DNA from: Acidobacteriota bacterium
GTDB taxonomy: Bacteria > Acidobacteriota > UBA890 > WLXD01
Assembly (NCBI GenBank): GCA_965248695.1
Contig: CBDFKD010000002.1
Coordinates: forward strand, 2,080,001 to 2,144,000
Length of the DNA stretch: 64,000 nucleotides
Direction of reading: 5' to 3'
Shown here piece by piece: positions 54,277 through 63,637 of this stretch (positions are counted from its first letter, which is position 1; the number at the start of each line of letters is the position of its first letter). The notes under the pieces were generated by a model, which was not told the origin of the DNA, searched no databases, and saw only the letters and a list, made by a program, of their open reading frames with translations. The position numbers and the translations under genes were made by a program.

Positions 54277-55893
54277 CTAAACGATCCTCTGCTGCACCGG
54301 GTCCCACTCGACCTTGCGACCGAGTTGGTACGACTTCGTCGCCATATGGCAGGTGATCGCTTCCTCCAGGCCACGATCGATGCTGCAGCTCGGCTCGCCA
54401 CCATGACGAACGGTGTCGAGCCAGTCCTTGATATGTAGCCAGTGCGTGCTCACCCGCCGGCCGCCTTGATAGGTGAATAGAAGCCCGCGGCTGGCGAAGT
54501 ACTCCTCGGTGGCCGTGGTGACGGCATCCAGCCCCTTGAAGCCGGGGCGATACGTCAGCAGCGGGCGATCGACATCGACCACCTGGCGCTCGATCAGATC
54601 CGCGTAGCGCGTTGACTGCGGCTCGGCGATCACGCGCACGCCGCTGCCCACTTCCATCGCCGCATCGTGCCCCATGAACACTTTGCCACGTCCGCGACCG
54701 CTGGCCAGCGTGGCGCTGTACACCAGGGTCAGATCGCGATCCGGATACTCGTACACGACCTGAAATACGTCGGGCACGTCGCGGCCGTCCTTGAAGAAGT
54801 AGATGCCTCCGGAGGCCACCGCCGACTTGGGAATGCCAAGGTTCATGATCTGGTTGAGGGCATCGTACTCGTGCGACAGCAGGTCGCCCGCCAGCCCGGT
54901 GCCGTAGTCGTACCAGCAACGCCAGCGAAAGAACCGCTCGAGGTTGAACGGCACTTGGTTGGCGGCGTTGCCCTGGAACTGTTCCCAGTCGATGGTGTGC
55001 GGGTTCCCTTCCGGGTGAATGTCCCACACCCAGGCCCCCCACGGATCGTTGCGGTTAGTGGTCGTCTCCACCAGGGTGATCTTGCCGAGGATCTCCTTCT
55101 CGATGATCTCGCGAGCTTTCTCGTGGCTCTCGAGCTGACGGTTCTGATGCCCGAGCTGGAACTTGATGCCCGACGACTTGACCGCCTCGACCATCGGCAG
55201 CACCTCTTCCTCGGCGCGGGTCATCGCCTTCTCGCAGTACACGTGCTTGCCGGCCGCGGCGGCGGCGATGGTCATGGGCGCGTGCCAGTGATCCGGCGTG
55301 GCGATCAGCACCGCGTCGACATCGGCCGAGTTGAGTAGCTCCTCGTAGTGTCGGAACCGGTACGCCGGTCGCGATCCCGGGGCGTTGGCCGGACGCGTTT
55401 CGTTGGCCGACGTTGCGATGGCGCGCTCGGCGCGAACGTCGAACACGTCACAGACACCGGTGAAAGCGACGTTGAGGTCGCCCTGCTGCATGAACTCGTC
55501 GAGCCGCGTGTTGCGCGGATCCTGGTCGGCGGCGAGGCGCCATTCTTCGGTGACCTCAGGGTGTGCGAAGCCAGCGCCGCGCATGAGCGCCTCACCCTCG
55601 CCACCGAAGCCGATGATCCCGAGGTTGATGCGCTCGGCGGGTGGTCGGCTCTGTGCGTGATCGATGATCGCCGGAGCATCGCCGGTTACACCGAGCTCGG
55701 CCAGTACCTGGTCGCGGCGCTCATCGGCCAACGCCTTCTTGCGCCATGCGCCCCAGCCGAGGGTGCCCAGTACGGGCAGCGACGCCAGCCCTTTGAAAAG
55801 GTCGCGCCGATCGATCGACTTGCCTTCGTTTCCGGTCTTGCCGAGTGTACCGCCCGTTTGCTGCGGCGCCCGGTCGTCGTCATCCGTGCTCAT
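54277..55893 (-). CDS. Gfo/Idh/MocA-family oxidoreductase with Tat-like signal and putative flavinylation motif
   Basis: DRRDLFKG plus hydrophobic segment, GIIGFG, IATPDHWH, YCEK, WRCWYDYGTGLAGDLLSH, DAVTTAT. Confidence 0.9.
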   Translation of the reverse strand: MSTDDDDRAPQQTGGTLGKTGNEGKSIDRRDLFKGLASLPVLGTLGWGAWRKKALADERRDQVLAELGVTGDAPAIIDHAQSRPPAERINLGIIGFGGEGEALMRGAGFAHPEVTEEWRLAADQDPRNTRLDEFMQQGDLNVAFTGVCDVFDVRAERAIATSANETRPANAPGSRPAYRFRHYEELLNSADVDAVLIATPDHWHAPMTIAAAAAGKHVYCEKAMTRAEEEVLPMVEAVKSSGIKFQLGHQNRQLESHEKAREIIEKEILGKITLVETTTNRNDPWGAWVWDIHPEGNPHTIDWEQFQGNAANQVPFNLERFFRWRCWYDYGTGLAGDLLSHEYDALNQIMNLGIPKSAVASGGIYFFKDGRDVPDVFQVVYEYPDRDLTLVYSATLASGRGRGKVFMGHDAAMEVGSGVRVIAEPQSTRYADLIERQVVDVDRPLLTYRPGFKGLDAVTTATEEYFASRGLLFTYQGGRRVSTHWLHIKDWLDTVRHGGEPSCSIDRGLEEAITCHMATKSYQLGRKVEWDPVQQRIV

Positions 55894-56381
55894 CCCGACT
55901 TCCCCTCGCGCCGCAGCAGTCTGCCGAGGCCCACAACGTCATCGGTAGGAAAGGCCCTGATGACCATCAGGGCCGCGATCTCGATCAGGGTCTTGTTGAC
56001 GATCACATACGACCCCTCGGCCGGGATCGCCGTCTCCAGCCCCGGCAGGGGCGGGTTGGCCAGATAGTAGAGCCCCAGCAGGATCATCCCCAGCAACGCT
56101 GCCAGTCGTGATCGCAGGCCCGCCACCAGCGCCAGGCCGATGAGCGTCAGGCCCCACTTGTTCAGCAGGTCGACCAACTGCAGGCGCCCAGGGTCGGACA
56201 CGAGCCACAGGAACCAGCTGGCAAACGGCCCCTGCGCTTCGGACAGAAAACCGGCTGAAGTCCAGTAAGAGTTGGTCAGCTTGGCGATGCCCTCGTAGAG
56301 CAGGTGCCAGCCAACCAGCATTCGCAAGGCTACCAGGGCCAGACTCTGCCCACTCCGGAACTGCGTAGCTGCAGCGGTCAT
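55890..56381 (-). CDS. DoxX-family membrane protein (TQO/DoxD-like)
   Basis: LRMLVGWHLLYEGIAKL, WTSAGFL, NKWGLTLIGLAL..G, EGSYVIVNKTLIE; ATGA overlaps at both ends. Confidence 0.88.
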   Translation of the reverse strand: MTAAATQFRSGQSLALVALRMLVGWHLLYEGIAKLTNSYWTSAGFLSEAQGPFASWFLWLVSDPGRLQLVDLLNKWGLTLIGLALVAGLRSRLAALLGMILLGLYYLANPPLPGLETAIPAEGSYVIVNKTLIEIAALMVIRAFPTDDVVGLGRLLRREGKSG

Positions 56382-57436
56382 TGTTCTCCAGCGTGGGTAG
56401 CGATCCCAGGCTGACTCGACCACCTGGGCGATTTGAAGATGGAGCCGTCAGCGGCGACCGTCAGGCAAGCGGCGCCGGGTATCGACGCCACCAGGCGTGT
56501 TCGGTGTTCCGGCCCGGCCACGAACGCGGCCGTGGCCAACGCGTCGGCGGTCATCGCGGTGGCCGCCCGTACGGTCACGCCGCTGCAGTGCCCCGGCGAT
56601 CCACCGGTGGAGTCGACGATGTGGTGCAGCGTGCGATCGCGATCGAAGTAGATCTCGTAGCTTCCCGATGTGGCAACTGCGCCGTCGTGCAGCTGCAGGA
56701 TGTCGGGATACTTGCCGGCCTTGTCTGGATCCTGAACCGCGACGGTCCAGGGCGCCCGCCCGTCGCGACCTCCAGCGGTCCGGATGTCGCCACCGGCGTT
56801 GATCAGGTAGCTATCGGCGCCACGCGCTTCGAGCGCGTGGGCCATGCGGTCGACGATGAAGCCCTTCGCCATTCCGTCGAGCGTCACGGCGGTGCGCTCT
56901 CCTTGAAATCGGATATGGCGTCCGTCGATGTCCACGCCGGCGGCTTCGACACGAGCCCGGGCATCGACCAGCTCACTGGCGTTCGGAAGCCCGCTGGCTC
57001 CGGACTCGCGTTGCTGGCGCAGCAGATCCACCACCGGCGCCACCGCGATGTCGAACGCTCCGGCGGTCAGCAGCTCGAACCCGCGCGCTCGTCGGAGCAG
57101 GTACACCAATTCGTCGGGGGCGCGTCGCAACGTCCCGATGTCGTTGAGCACCCCCATCGCCGTCGCCGGCTCGTGCCGATTGAGGATGTCTATGAGGCGA
57201 TCCATCTCGGCCAGGGCGCCGCCAATCGCATCCTCGGCCAGCCCGCGCGACGCGTGCAGGGCGGACAACGAGACCACCGTCCCCATCGCCGGCACCGACT
57301 GAGACACCCGCCAGCCGGCGTCGACTGCCTCGGCCTCGGTGGTGAGCGGTCCCTCAATGCACTCGAAGCCCATCTCGAGCAAGCCAGCAAGCTTGCGAGC
57401 ACGGCGTTGCGAGTCGGTTTCGACGACGTCTGGCAC
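56378..57436 (-). CDS. apbE: FAD:protein FMN transferase (no export signal)
   Basis: AMGT, GAFDI, TLDGMAKGFIVD, INAGGDI, VATSGSYE, HHIVD, ADALATA. Confidence 0.93.
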   Translation of the reverse strand: MPDVVETDSQRRARKLAGLLEMGFECIEGPLTTEAEAVDAGWRVSQSVPAMGTVVSLSALHASRGLAEDAIGGALAEMDRLIDILNRHEPATAMGVLNDIGTLRRAPDELVYLLRRARGFELLTAGAFDIAVAPVVDLLRQQRESGASGLPNASELVDARARVEAAGVDIDGRHIRFQGERTAVTLDGMAKGFIVDRMAHALEARGADSYLINAGGDIRTAGGRDGRAPWTVAVQDPDKAGKYPDILQLHDGAVATSGSYEIYFDRDRTLHHIVDSTGGSPGHCSGVTVRAATAMTADALATAAFVAGPEHRTRLVASIPGAACLTVAADGSIFKSPRWSSQPGIATHAGEQ

Positions 57437-57588
57437 GATCGTAAGCAGGCCCGGTAGAGAGTTCGGGCGGGAGAATAGCAGCTGCGTATCACCGCCACAA
57501 AAGGAAACCGGACGCCCGTGACCCTCGTCCTACCTGGAAACAAGGCTTCTGTCCGGGTTCGCGCTGGCTGTAGAGCGAGAGGTGTGTC

Positions 57589-60036
57589 GTGGGTGATTTC
57601 GCACGAGATCTGAGGTTCGGTGTCCGCCAGCTGGTCAACAGCCCAGGGTTCACATTGGCCGCGGTGCTGTGCCTGGCGCTCGGGATCGGGGCGAACTCGG
57701 CAGCGTTCAGCTTCGTGCGCGGGTTTCTGTACCAGACGGCCCCAATTCGCGACCCCGAGAGCCTCGTGCGCATGTACCTCAACTACAACAACGGCCTCGG
57801 GTTCGGTTCCTGGTCGTACCCCGACATGGTCGACATGCGGGCCGCCACCACCGACGTGTTCGACGCGGTCCTGGCCGACACCATCGGCACGTTCAGCTTC
57901 AGCGCCGGTGGCCAGAGCCGCCGCATCTTCGGCACCTACGTCACCGCAAACCACTTCGAGGCCCTCGGCGTAGAACCGCAACTCGGGCGCGGCTTCCTGC
58001 CCGAGGAAGATCAAACCGAGGGTACCCATCCGGTGGCCGTCCTCAATCATCGGTTCTGGAGCGACGCCTTCGGCGCCGATCCGGAAGTCCTCGGGCACAC
58101 CATGCTGCTGAATGGCCGGGAGATAACCGTAGTCGGGGTAGCTCCAGCCAACTACGATGGCAACAACACCGCCATGCGTACGGAGCTTTGGATCCCGTTC
58201 AGCATGGAGCCGGCTCTGACTCCTTCGGGCTCCAACCTCGACCGTCGCGGCAACCACTGGATCCAATCGGCCACCGGCCGTCTGAGACCCGGTGTCACGT
58301 CGCAGCAAGCCAAGGCGGCGCTTGACGCCCTGTACGTGCGCCTGGAAGAACTGTATCCAGACACCAACACCGGTATCACGATCGATTTCTATCCGGAGAG
58401 CAAGGCATCGTTGCACCCCGCGGTCCGGGGTGGCTTCGTCGCCATGCTCTCGTTGCTGTCCGGCATCGTGGGCCTGGTGTTGCTGTTGGCGTGCGCCAAC
58501 GTCGCCGGCCTCCTGATCGCCAGGTCGACAGCGCGGACGCGAGAAGTGGGCATCCGCCTAGCCCTGGGAGCGGGACGCGGCCGCCTGATCCGCCAGCTGC
58601 TGACCGAGAGCGCCGTACTGTCGGTGCTGGGCGGTGGGCTCGGGGTACTCCTTGGCGTGGCGCTGATCGGCCTGGTGAAGTCGTTTCAGCCGCCGACGGA
58701 GCTGCCGCTTCGAATCGACGTCGGGATGGACGGCGCCGTGCTGGCGTTTACCTTCCTGGTCACCGCGGCTACCGGGCTGGTCTTCGGAATGGCACCGGCG
58801 ATCACCGCCACGCGCCAGGATCTGGTGGCGGCGCTCAAGGATGGCGCCCCCGGTTCGGGAGGGCACTCGACCCGTCTACGCGACGCGCTCGTCGTCGGCC
58901 AGGTGTCGTTGTGCCTGGTGTTGCTCGTTGCCGCCGGGATGGTTCTGCGCAGCCTGCAGCAGGTGCAGCGCCTGGATCTCGGCTTCAACCCGGACGGCCT
59001 GATCCACGCGAGCATCGATCCGGCGCTACAGGGATACCCGCTTGAGGAGCTCGACGCTTTCTTTGATGAGCTGCGAACGAACCTACTAGCCCAGCCCGGC
59101 ATCCAGTCGGTGGGTTACTCGGGAACGACGCCACTGTCGCTGATGAACAACCAAACGGGCGTGCTGCCCGAGGGATACGAGGTACCGGAAGGGCAGGATT
59201 GGCCTAGCCTCGACTACACCGAGGTGGATCACGGCTACTTCGCCGCCATGGGGATACCGATCCTGCGCGGCCGCTCATTCGCCGCCGCCGACGACCGCGA
59301 CGCAGCGCCCGTTGCGATCGTCAACCAGGCCTTCGCGGATCGTTTCTGGCCCGACGACAACCCGATCGGCAAGACAATCCGAAGCGGCGGAGAGGAGCGC
59401 GACGTTGTCGGCGTCGTGCCTACGGGCAAGTACTTCAGCCTCGGCGAGGATCCCAAGCCCTTCCACTACGGCGCCCGAGCCCAGCGGTACCGTGGCCAGC
59501 AGACCTTTGTCCACGTACGCACCGCCGGTGAACCCGCTGCGGCGCTCGAAACGGTGCGGCGGGCCATCCAGCAACGCGATCCGACCATGCCGGTTTCCGA
59601 CCTGAACACCGGGCACGGCGCCCTGGGTCTGGCCTTCTTGCCAGCCCATCTCGCCGCCGTCGTGGTGTCGGCGTTCGCCATTCTCGCTTTGTTGCTGGCA
59701 TCCGTCGGGCTATACGGCGTGATCTCGTTCAGCGTCGCACAGGGGATCCACGAGATCGGCGTCCGCATGGCGGTCGGCGCCCGGTCCGGCGACGTGGTTC
59801 GAACCGTAATGGTCCGCGGCGCACGATTGACGCTGATCGGGTTGGGGATTGGCTTGGGTGGCGGCCTGATGTTGTCGCGCGCTGCTGCCAACGTGCTGTA
59901 CGGGGTGAGCGCCACCGATCCGGCCGCCTACGCCGTAGGGGTGCTGGTTCTGAGCGCGGCGGCGGTCGCGGCGAGCTTCGTCCCGGCTCTGCGAGCGACG
60001 CGGATCGACCCGCTGGTGGCATTGCGCACCGACTAG
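57589..60036 (+). CDS. ADOP-type duplicated ABC permease
   Basis: DLRFGVRQL..PGF, LLLACANVAGLL, RLIRQLLTES, EIGVRMAVGA, RATRIDPLVALRTD. Confidence 0.93.
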   Translation: MGDFARDLRFGVRQLVNSPGFTLAAVLCLALGIGANSAAFSFVRGFLYQTAPIRDPESLVRMYLNYNNGLGFGSWSYPDMVDMRAATTDVFDAVLADTIGTFSFSAGGQSRRIFGTYVTANHFEALGVEPQLGRGFLPEEDQTEGTHPVAVLNHRFWSDAFGADPEVLGHTMLLNGREITVVGVAPANYDGNNTAMRTELWIPFSMEPALTPSGSNLDRRGNHWIQSATGRLRPGVTSQQAKAALDALYVRLEELYPDTNTGITIDFYPESKASLHPAVRGGFVAMLSLLSGIVGLVLLLACANVAGLLIARSTARTREVGIRLALGAGRGRLIRQLLTESAVLSVLGGGLGVLLGVALIGLVKSFQPPTELPLRIDVGMDGAVLAFTFLVTAATGLVFGMAPAITATRQDLVAALKDGAPGSGGHSTRLRDALVVGQVSLCLVLLVAAGMVLRSLQQVQRLDLGFNPDGLIHASIDPALQGYPLEELDAFFDELRTNLLAQPGIQSVGYSGTTPLSLMNNQTGVLPEGYEVPEGQDWPSLDYTEVDHGYFAAMGIPILRGRSFAAADDRDAAPVAIVNQAFADRFWPDDNPIGKTIRSGGEERDVVGVVPTGKYFSLGEDPKPFHYGARAQRYRGQQTFVHVRTAGEPAAALETVRRAIQQRDPTMPVSDLNTGHGALGLAFLPAHLAAVVVSAFAILALLLASVGLYGVISFSVAQGIHEIGVRMAVGARSGDVVRTVMVRGARLTLIGLGIGLGGGLMLSRAAANVLYGVSATDPAAYAVGVLVLSAAAVAASFVPALRATRIDPLVALRTD

Positions 60037-60072
60037 GATCGCAATGTCGCCGCATGGGTTAGGCTCGGGACC

Positions 60073-61299
60073 ATGCCCCACGATCGGCTCGATGACGCGC
60101 TCGCAACGCGTGTAGACAGTCTGGAGGAGGCCGGAACCGCCAAGGGCGGCGAGTCTGTGGTGACGGCGGTCCTGGCACCGCGCGCCGACCGCGGCGCCCG
60201 CCTTCACCTGGCAGGCGAGGGCGATCGTGAGTTCATTCGAATGAACTCCAACTCGTATCTCGGGATGTCGCTACGACCCGAGGTGATCGAAGCCGAAGAA
60301 GAGGCGGCCGACCGCTACGGTGCAGGACCCGGCGCGCTTCGTTTCATCAGCGGCACGTACCAGCCGCACGTGGCGCTCGAGCGCCGGCTCGCCGACTTCC
60401 ATGGCCGCCAAGCCGGGATGATCTTCTCGGCTGCCTACGCCGCCATCATGGGGACACTGCTTCCGCTGATCACCAAGGAAACGATGGTCATCAGCGACGC
60501 GCTCAACCACAACTGCATCATCAACGCGATGCGGCTCTCACGGCCACTCGACAAGGCAATTTACCCGCACGTCGACATGGCGGCATTGGAGCAAACCATC
60601 GAGGCAGCAAAGAAGCGCGCCAAGCGGGCCCTGGTGATCACCGACGGGGTTTTCAGCATGCGCGGCGACCACGCACCGCTCGATACGATCATGGAGATCG
60701 CCGCGCGCCACGACGACGACTTCGACGAGAACTGCGTCGTTGTGGTCGATGACTCGCACGGAGTCGGCGCCTTCGGCGCCACCGGGCGCGGCACCGAGGA
60801 GTACTGTGGCGGCTCCCCAGCCGACGTGCTGGTCGGCACGCTCGGCAAGGCGCTGGGAGTAAACGGCGGCTACGTCGTTGGCTCCGACGCCTTGGTTCGT
60901 TTCCTCCGCGAGACCGCGCCGATGTACATCTATTCGAACCCGATCACGCCGTCGGAGGCGAGCGCAGCCACACGCGCGGTGGATCTCCTGGATTCTGAGG
61001 TCGGGCACCAGCTGCTGCGGAACTTGCGCCAGCTCACGGCACGATTTCAGCAGGGCCTCGCGGATCTCGGTCTGGAGACGATTCCCGGCGAGCACCCGGT
61101 GGTACCGCTCATGCTGCGAGATACGGAGCGCACCCACTCGACGGTGACGCACCTGTACGATCACGGCGTGCTGGCCACCGGGCTCGCGTATCCGGTTGTG
61201 CCGCGAGGGGACGAGGAGATCCGGTTCCAGGTCAACGCCGACCACACGTCGAGCGACATCGACGCAGTGCTGGGGATTCTCGCATCGGCGCCGTCCTAG
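60073..61299 (+). CDS. kbl: Glycine C-acetyltransferase / AONS-family PLP enzyme
   Basis: MNSNSYLG, RFISGT, SDALNHNCII, TDGVFSMRGD, DDSHGVG, GTLGKALG, YPVVPRG. Confidence 0.8.
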   Translation: MPHDRLDDALATRVDSLEEAGTAKGGESVVTAVLAPRADRGARLHLAGEGDREFIRMNSNSYLGMSLRPEVIEAEEEAADRYGAGPGALRFISGTYQPHVALERRLADFHGRQAGMIFSAAYAAIMGTLLPLITKETMVISDALNHNCIINAMRLSRPLDKAIYPHVDMAALEQTIEAAKKRAKRALVITDGVFSMRGDHAPLDTIMEIAARHDDDFDENCVVVVDDSHGVGAFGATGRGTEEYCGGSPADVLVGTLGKALGVNGGYVVGSDALVRFLRETAPMYIYSNPITPSEASAATRAVDLLDSEVGHQLLRNLRQLTARFQQGLADLGLETIPGEHPVVPLMLRDTERTHSTVTHLYDHGVLATGLAYPVVPRGDEEIRFQVNADHTSSDIDAVLGILASAPS

Positions 61300-61443
61300 G
61301 GCGTCCTGTCTTACTTGCGCTCCCGTCGTCGGCCTCGGCGCCGGTCCGCGCCCGAGAACGGCCACGTCGGAGGCCGACCAGAACCCCTGCGCCGCGTGGT
61401 ACTGCCGGAATCTTGTCGTTGTTCCTTAGCGTTGTTCTTTAAC

Positions 61444-61504
61444 GTATGCATATCTACATGCCTATCTATTATGTATAGGCCTTAATATGCATACTTATAT
61501 GCAT
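61444..61504. promoter_or_regulatory. vapBC promoter/operator: nested inverted repeats and ATGCAT-N6-ATGC(A/C)T pairs
   Basis: GTATGCATAT (61444-61453) / ATATGCATAC (61485-61494); GCCTAT/ATAGGC inside; very AT-rich island. Confidence 0.65.
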
Positions 61505-61700
61505 GCGAACAACCCTCAATATCGACGATGGCCTCGTGCGGCAGGCAGGAGAGTTAACCGGTATCCGCGAGAAGACAGCGCTCGTGCGCGCCGGTCTCGA
61601 GGCGTTGATCGCCCGGGAGAGCGCCCGCCGGCTGGCAAAGTTGGGCGGCTCGGAGAGAACCGTCGAGCTCATACCGGCACGCCGACCACGGGGTGTGTAG
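61503..61700 (+). CDS. vapB: Type II antitoxin, VapB family
   Basis: MRTTLNIDDGL RHH-like N-terminus, EKTALVRAGLEALIARESARRLAKLGGS. Confidence 0.9.
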   Translation: MRTTLNIDDGLVRQAGELTGIREKTALVRAGLEALIARESARRLAKLGGSERTVELIPARRPRGV

Positions 61701-61703
61701 CCG

Positions 61704-62063
61704 TTGGTGCTGGCGGATACTTCGATCTGGGTGCGCCACCTGCGGAACGGTGATCTGGACCTCATGCGGCTCTTGGGGGCGCAGCGGGTCTTGACTCATC
61801 CGTTCGTGATCACCGAATTGGCCGCCCGGGCGCTCGCGGCGCGGGGCGAGATCCTGAGTTTGCTGCGCGCTCTGCCCAGCGCCGCCATCGCCGAGACGCA
61901 CGAGGTCGACCGGCTCATCGATGACCGAGGGCTGGCAGGCCGCGGGCTGGGGCTCGTCGACGTTCACCTGCTGGCGGCGGCGCTACTCAGCGACGCCCGC
62001 CTGTGGAGCAGCGACCGACGCTTGCGCGAGGCTGCTGCCGAGCTCGACGTCGGTCTCGATTAG
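61704..62063 (+). CDS. vapC: Type II toxin, VapC (PIN domain)
   Basis: LADTSIWV, HPFVITEL, GLVDVHLLAA, LWSSDRRL. Confidence 0.9.
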   Translation: MVLADTSIWVRHLRNGDLDLMRLLGAQRVLTHPFVITELAARALAARGEILSLLRALPSAAIAETHEVDRLIDDRGLAGRGLGLVDVHLLAAALLSDARLWSSDRRLREAAAELDVGLD

Positions 62064-62105
62064 CTTCGCCCGGGCCCGAGGCTCAGCGACCGGCACGACG
62101 CTGAA

Positions 62106-63515
62106 CTACTCGCCGCCCTCCGACGCCCGGGCAGCGATCGCCTCGAGCTCTGACTGGATGTCTTCCTCGCTGAACCAATGGCCGCCGACCACGACGCCGA
62201 ATCGGTCGGCGAAGTTGGACACATCCTCCGTCGGATCGGCATTGAGCACCACCAGATCAGCGCGCCTGCCGACGGCCACAGAGCCATACTCATCTGTGGC
62301 CTCATAGAAACGCGCCACCGCCTGAGTGCCGGCGAACAGGATTTCGTACGGGTGCAGGCCGGACTGCACCATGAGCTCCATCTCGTGGTGGATGGAGAAT
62401 CCGGGCACGCTGAAGATCTGCGGCGAGTCCGTGCCCAGCAGGACGGCGACCCCGGCGTCGTGCAGCGCCTTCAATACCCGCCGACGTAGCGACAAGATAT
62501 TCGCCACGGCCTGCCGATCGGCACCGAGCTGCTCGACACGCTCGTTGATGGCTTCGATCCAGCCCGCCACCATGGCCGGTGGCATGTAGCGCGTCTCCGG
62601 CCGCACCTGCATCCACTCCTCGCCGCTGCGCGCACCGAAGAGCACTTCCCACAGCGCCATCGTGGGCACCACGCCGGCGCCCGCCTCGACCGTCGCCGCC
62701 ACCGCCTCGGCGATCCTCGTGTCATCTATATCGCCGGCCAGCTGGCCGAGGTCGAACAGGCCCAGATCGGCGACCGCCTGCTGGTCCTCGACCAGCGCCT
62801 CCAGATAGTTGTCCAGGTGGTCAATGGTCAACTGGCCCTTGGCAAGCGCGTGATACAGCCCGACGTGGTTGGTCACGTGACCCGAGAACGAGATGCCGAC
62901 CTCGTTGGCCGTATCTGCTATGGCGTCATAAACCTCGCGGCTGAGGCCCTCGTGGACTTTCAGATGATCGAAACTCGCTTCCTTGGCGCCACGCACGAGC
63001 TCGATCGCCTGGCTGGTCTCAGTGACCGTCTGCCCGTGCAGCATCGGAGCCCTGACCAGGATCCGAGGTCCGACGAAATCGCCGCGTTGCAGCGCCTCAC
63101 GCAGCGGCAGGTGTTGCGGCCCGCCCTGCATACCGCGAACCAACGTGACGCCGTTGGCGATATACAGAAACATGACGTCGCGAGTGAACTGCCCCTCGGC
63201 ATCCTGCGGATAGTGGCCATGCATCTCGGCGACTCCGGGCATTGCGTACTTCCCGGTCGCATCGACCACCGTCGTCCCGGCACCGACCTCGATCGAGTCC
63301 GATGGCACCACCGCCATAATTCGTCCATCCGTCACCAACACGGTCTGCCCCGACAGCAAACCGGGTTGATCCATCGGCAGGACGTTGACGTTTAGCAGCG
63401 CCAGATCGGCGTCCGCGATGCGTACGTCGGGGCTTCCGCAAGCTGCCGACGCCGTCAGGGTCGCCAGCAACACCAGGGCCAGGGAACGCGGAGAACTCCT
63501 TCTGCTTCGTCGCAA
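62106..63515 (-). CDS. Amidohydrolase-family lipoprotein
   Basis: Lipobox-like AAAC, MPGVAEMHGH, GVTLVR, IDHLD, GTDSP, GRRADLVVLNADP. Confidence 0.88.
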   Translation of the reverse strand: MRRSRRSSPRSLALVLLATLTASAACGSPDVRIADADLALLNVNVLPMDQPGLLSGQTVLVTDGRIMAVVPSDSIEVGAGTTVVDATGKYAMPGVAEMHGHYPQDAEGQFTRDVMFLYIANGVTLVRGMQGGPQHLPLREALQRGDFVGPRILVRAPMLHGQTVTETSQAIELVRGAKEASFDHLKVHEGLSREVYDAIADTANEVGISFSGHVTNHVGLYHALAKGQLTIDHLDNYLEALVEDQQAVADLGLFDLGQLAGDIDDTRIAEAVAATVEAGAGVVPTMALWEVLFGARSGEEWMQVRPETRYMPPAMVAGWIEAINERVEQLGADRQAVANILSLRRRVLKALHDAGVAVLLGTDSPQIFSVPGFSIHHEMELMVQSGLHPYEILFAGTQAVARFYEATDEYGSVAVGRRADLVVLNADPTEDVSNFADRFGVVVGGHWFSEEDIQSELEAIAARASEGGE

Positions 63516-63637
63516 TTGTCGGCCTCCGTCGCTGGGTCGGGATCACAGAGCTTATCGGCGCTGCCTGGAGGATTGCACCGGTGCCGGATATACCTCGGCC
63601 CGCCGAAACCACGGGCGCGGCCCGAGCAGCACGCCTG

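Noticed and set aside
1221-56067. Many long alternative-frame or antisense ORFs in the track (e.g. 1221-2534, 8783-9871, 13468-14643, 40523-41722, 46721-48007, 54257-55042)
   Set aside because: Arg/Ala/Pro-rich shadow ORFs expected in high-GC DNA; they overlap well-supported genes and have no motifs
57503-57529. ECF-sigma promoter GGAAAC-N17-CGTC upstream of the third ADOP gene
   Set aside because: Short motif, single instance, no ECF gene in the window; cannot be supported
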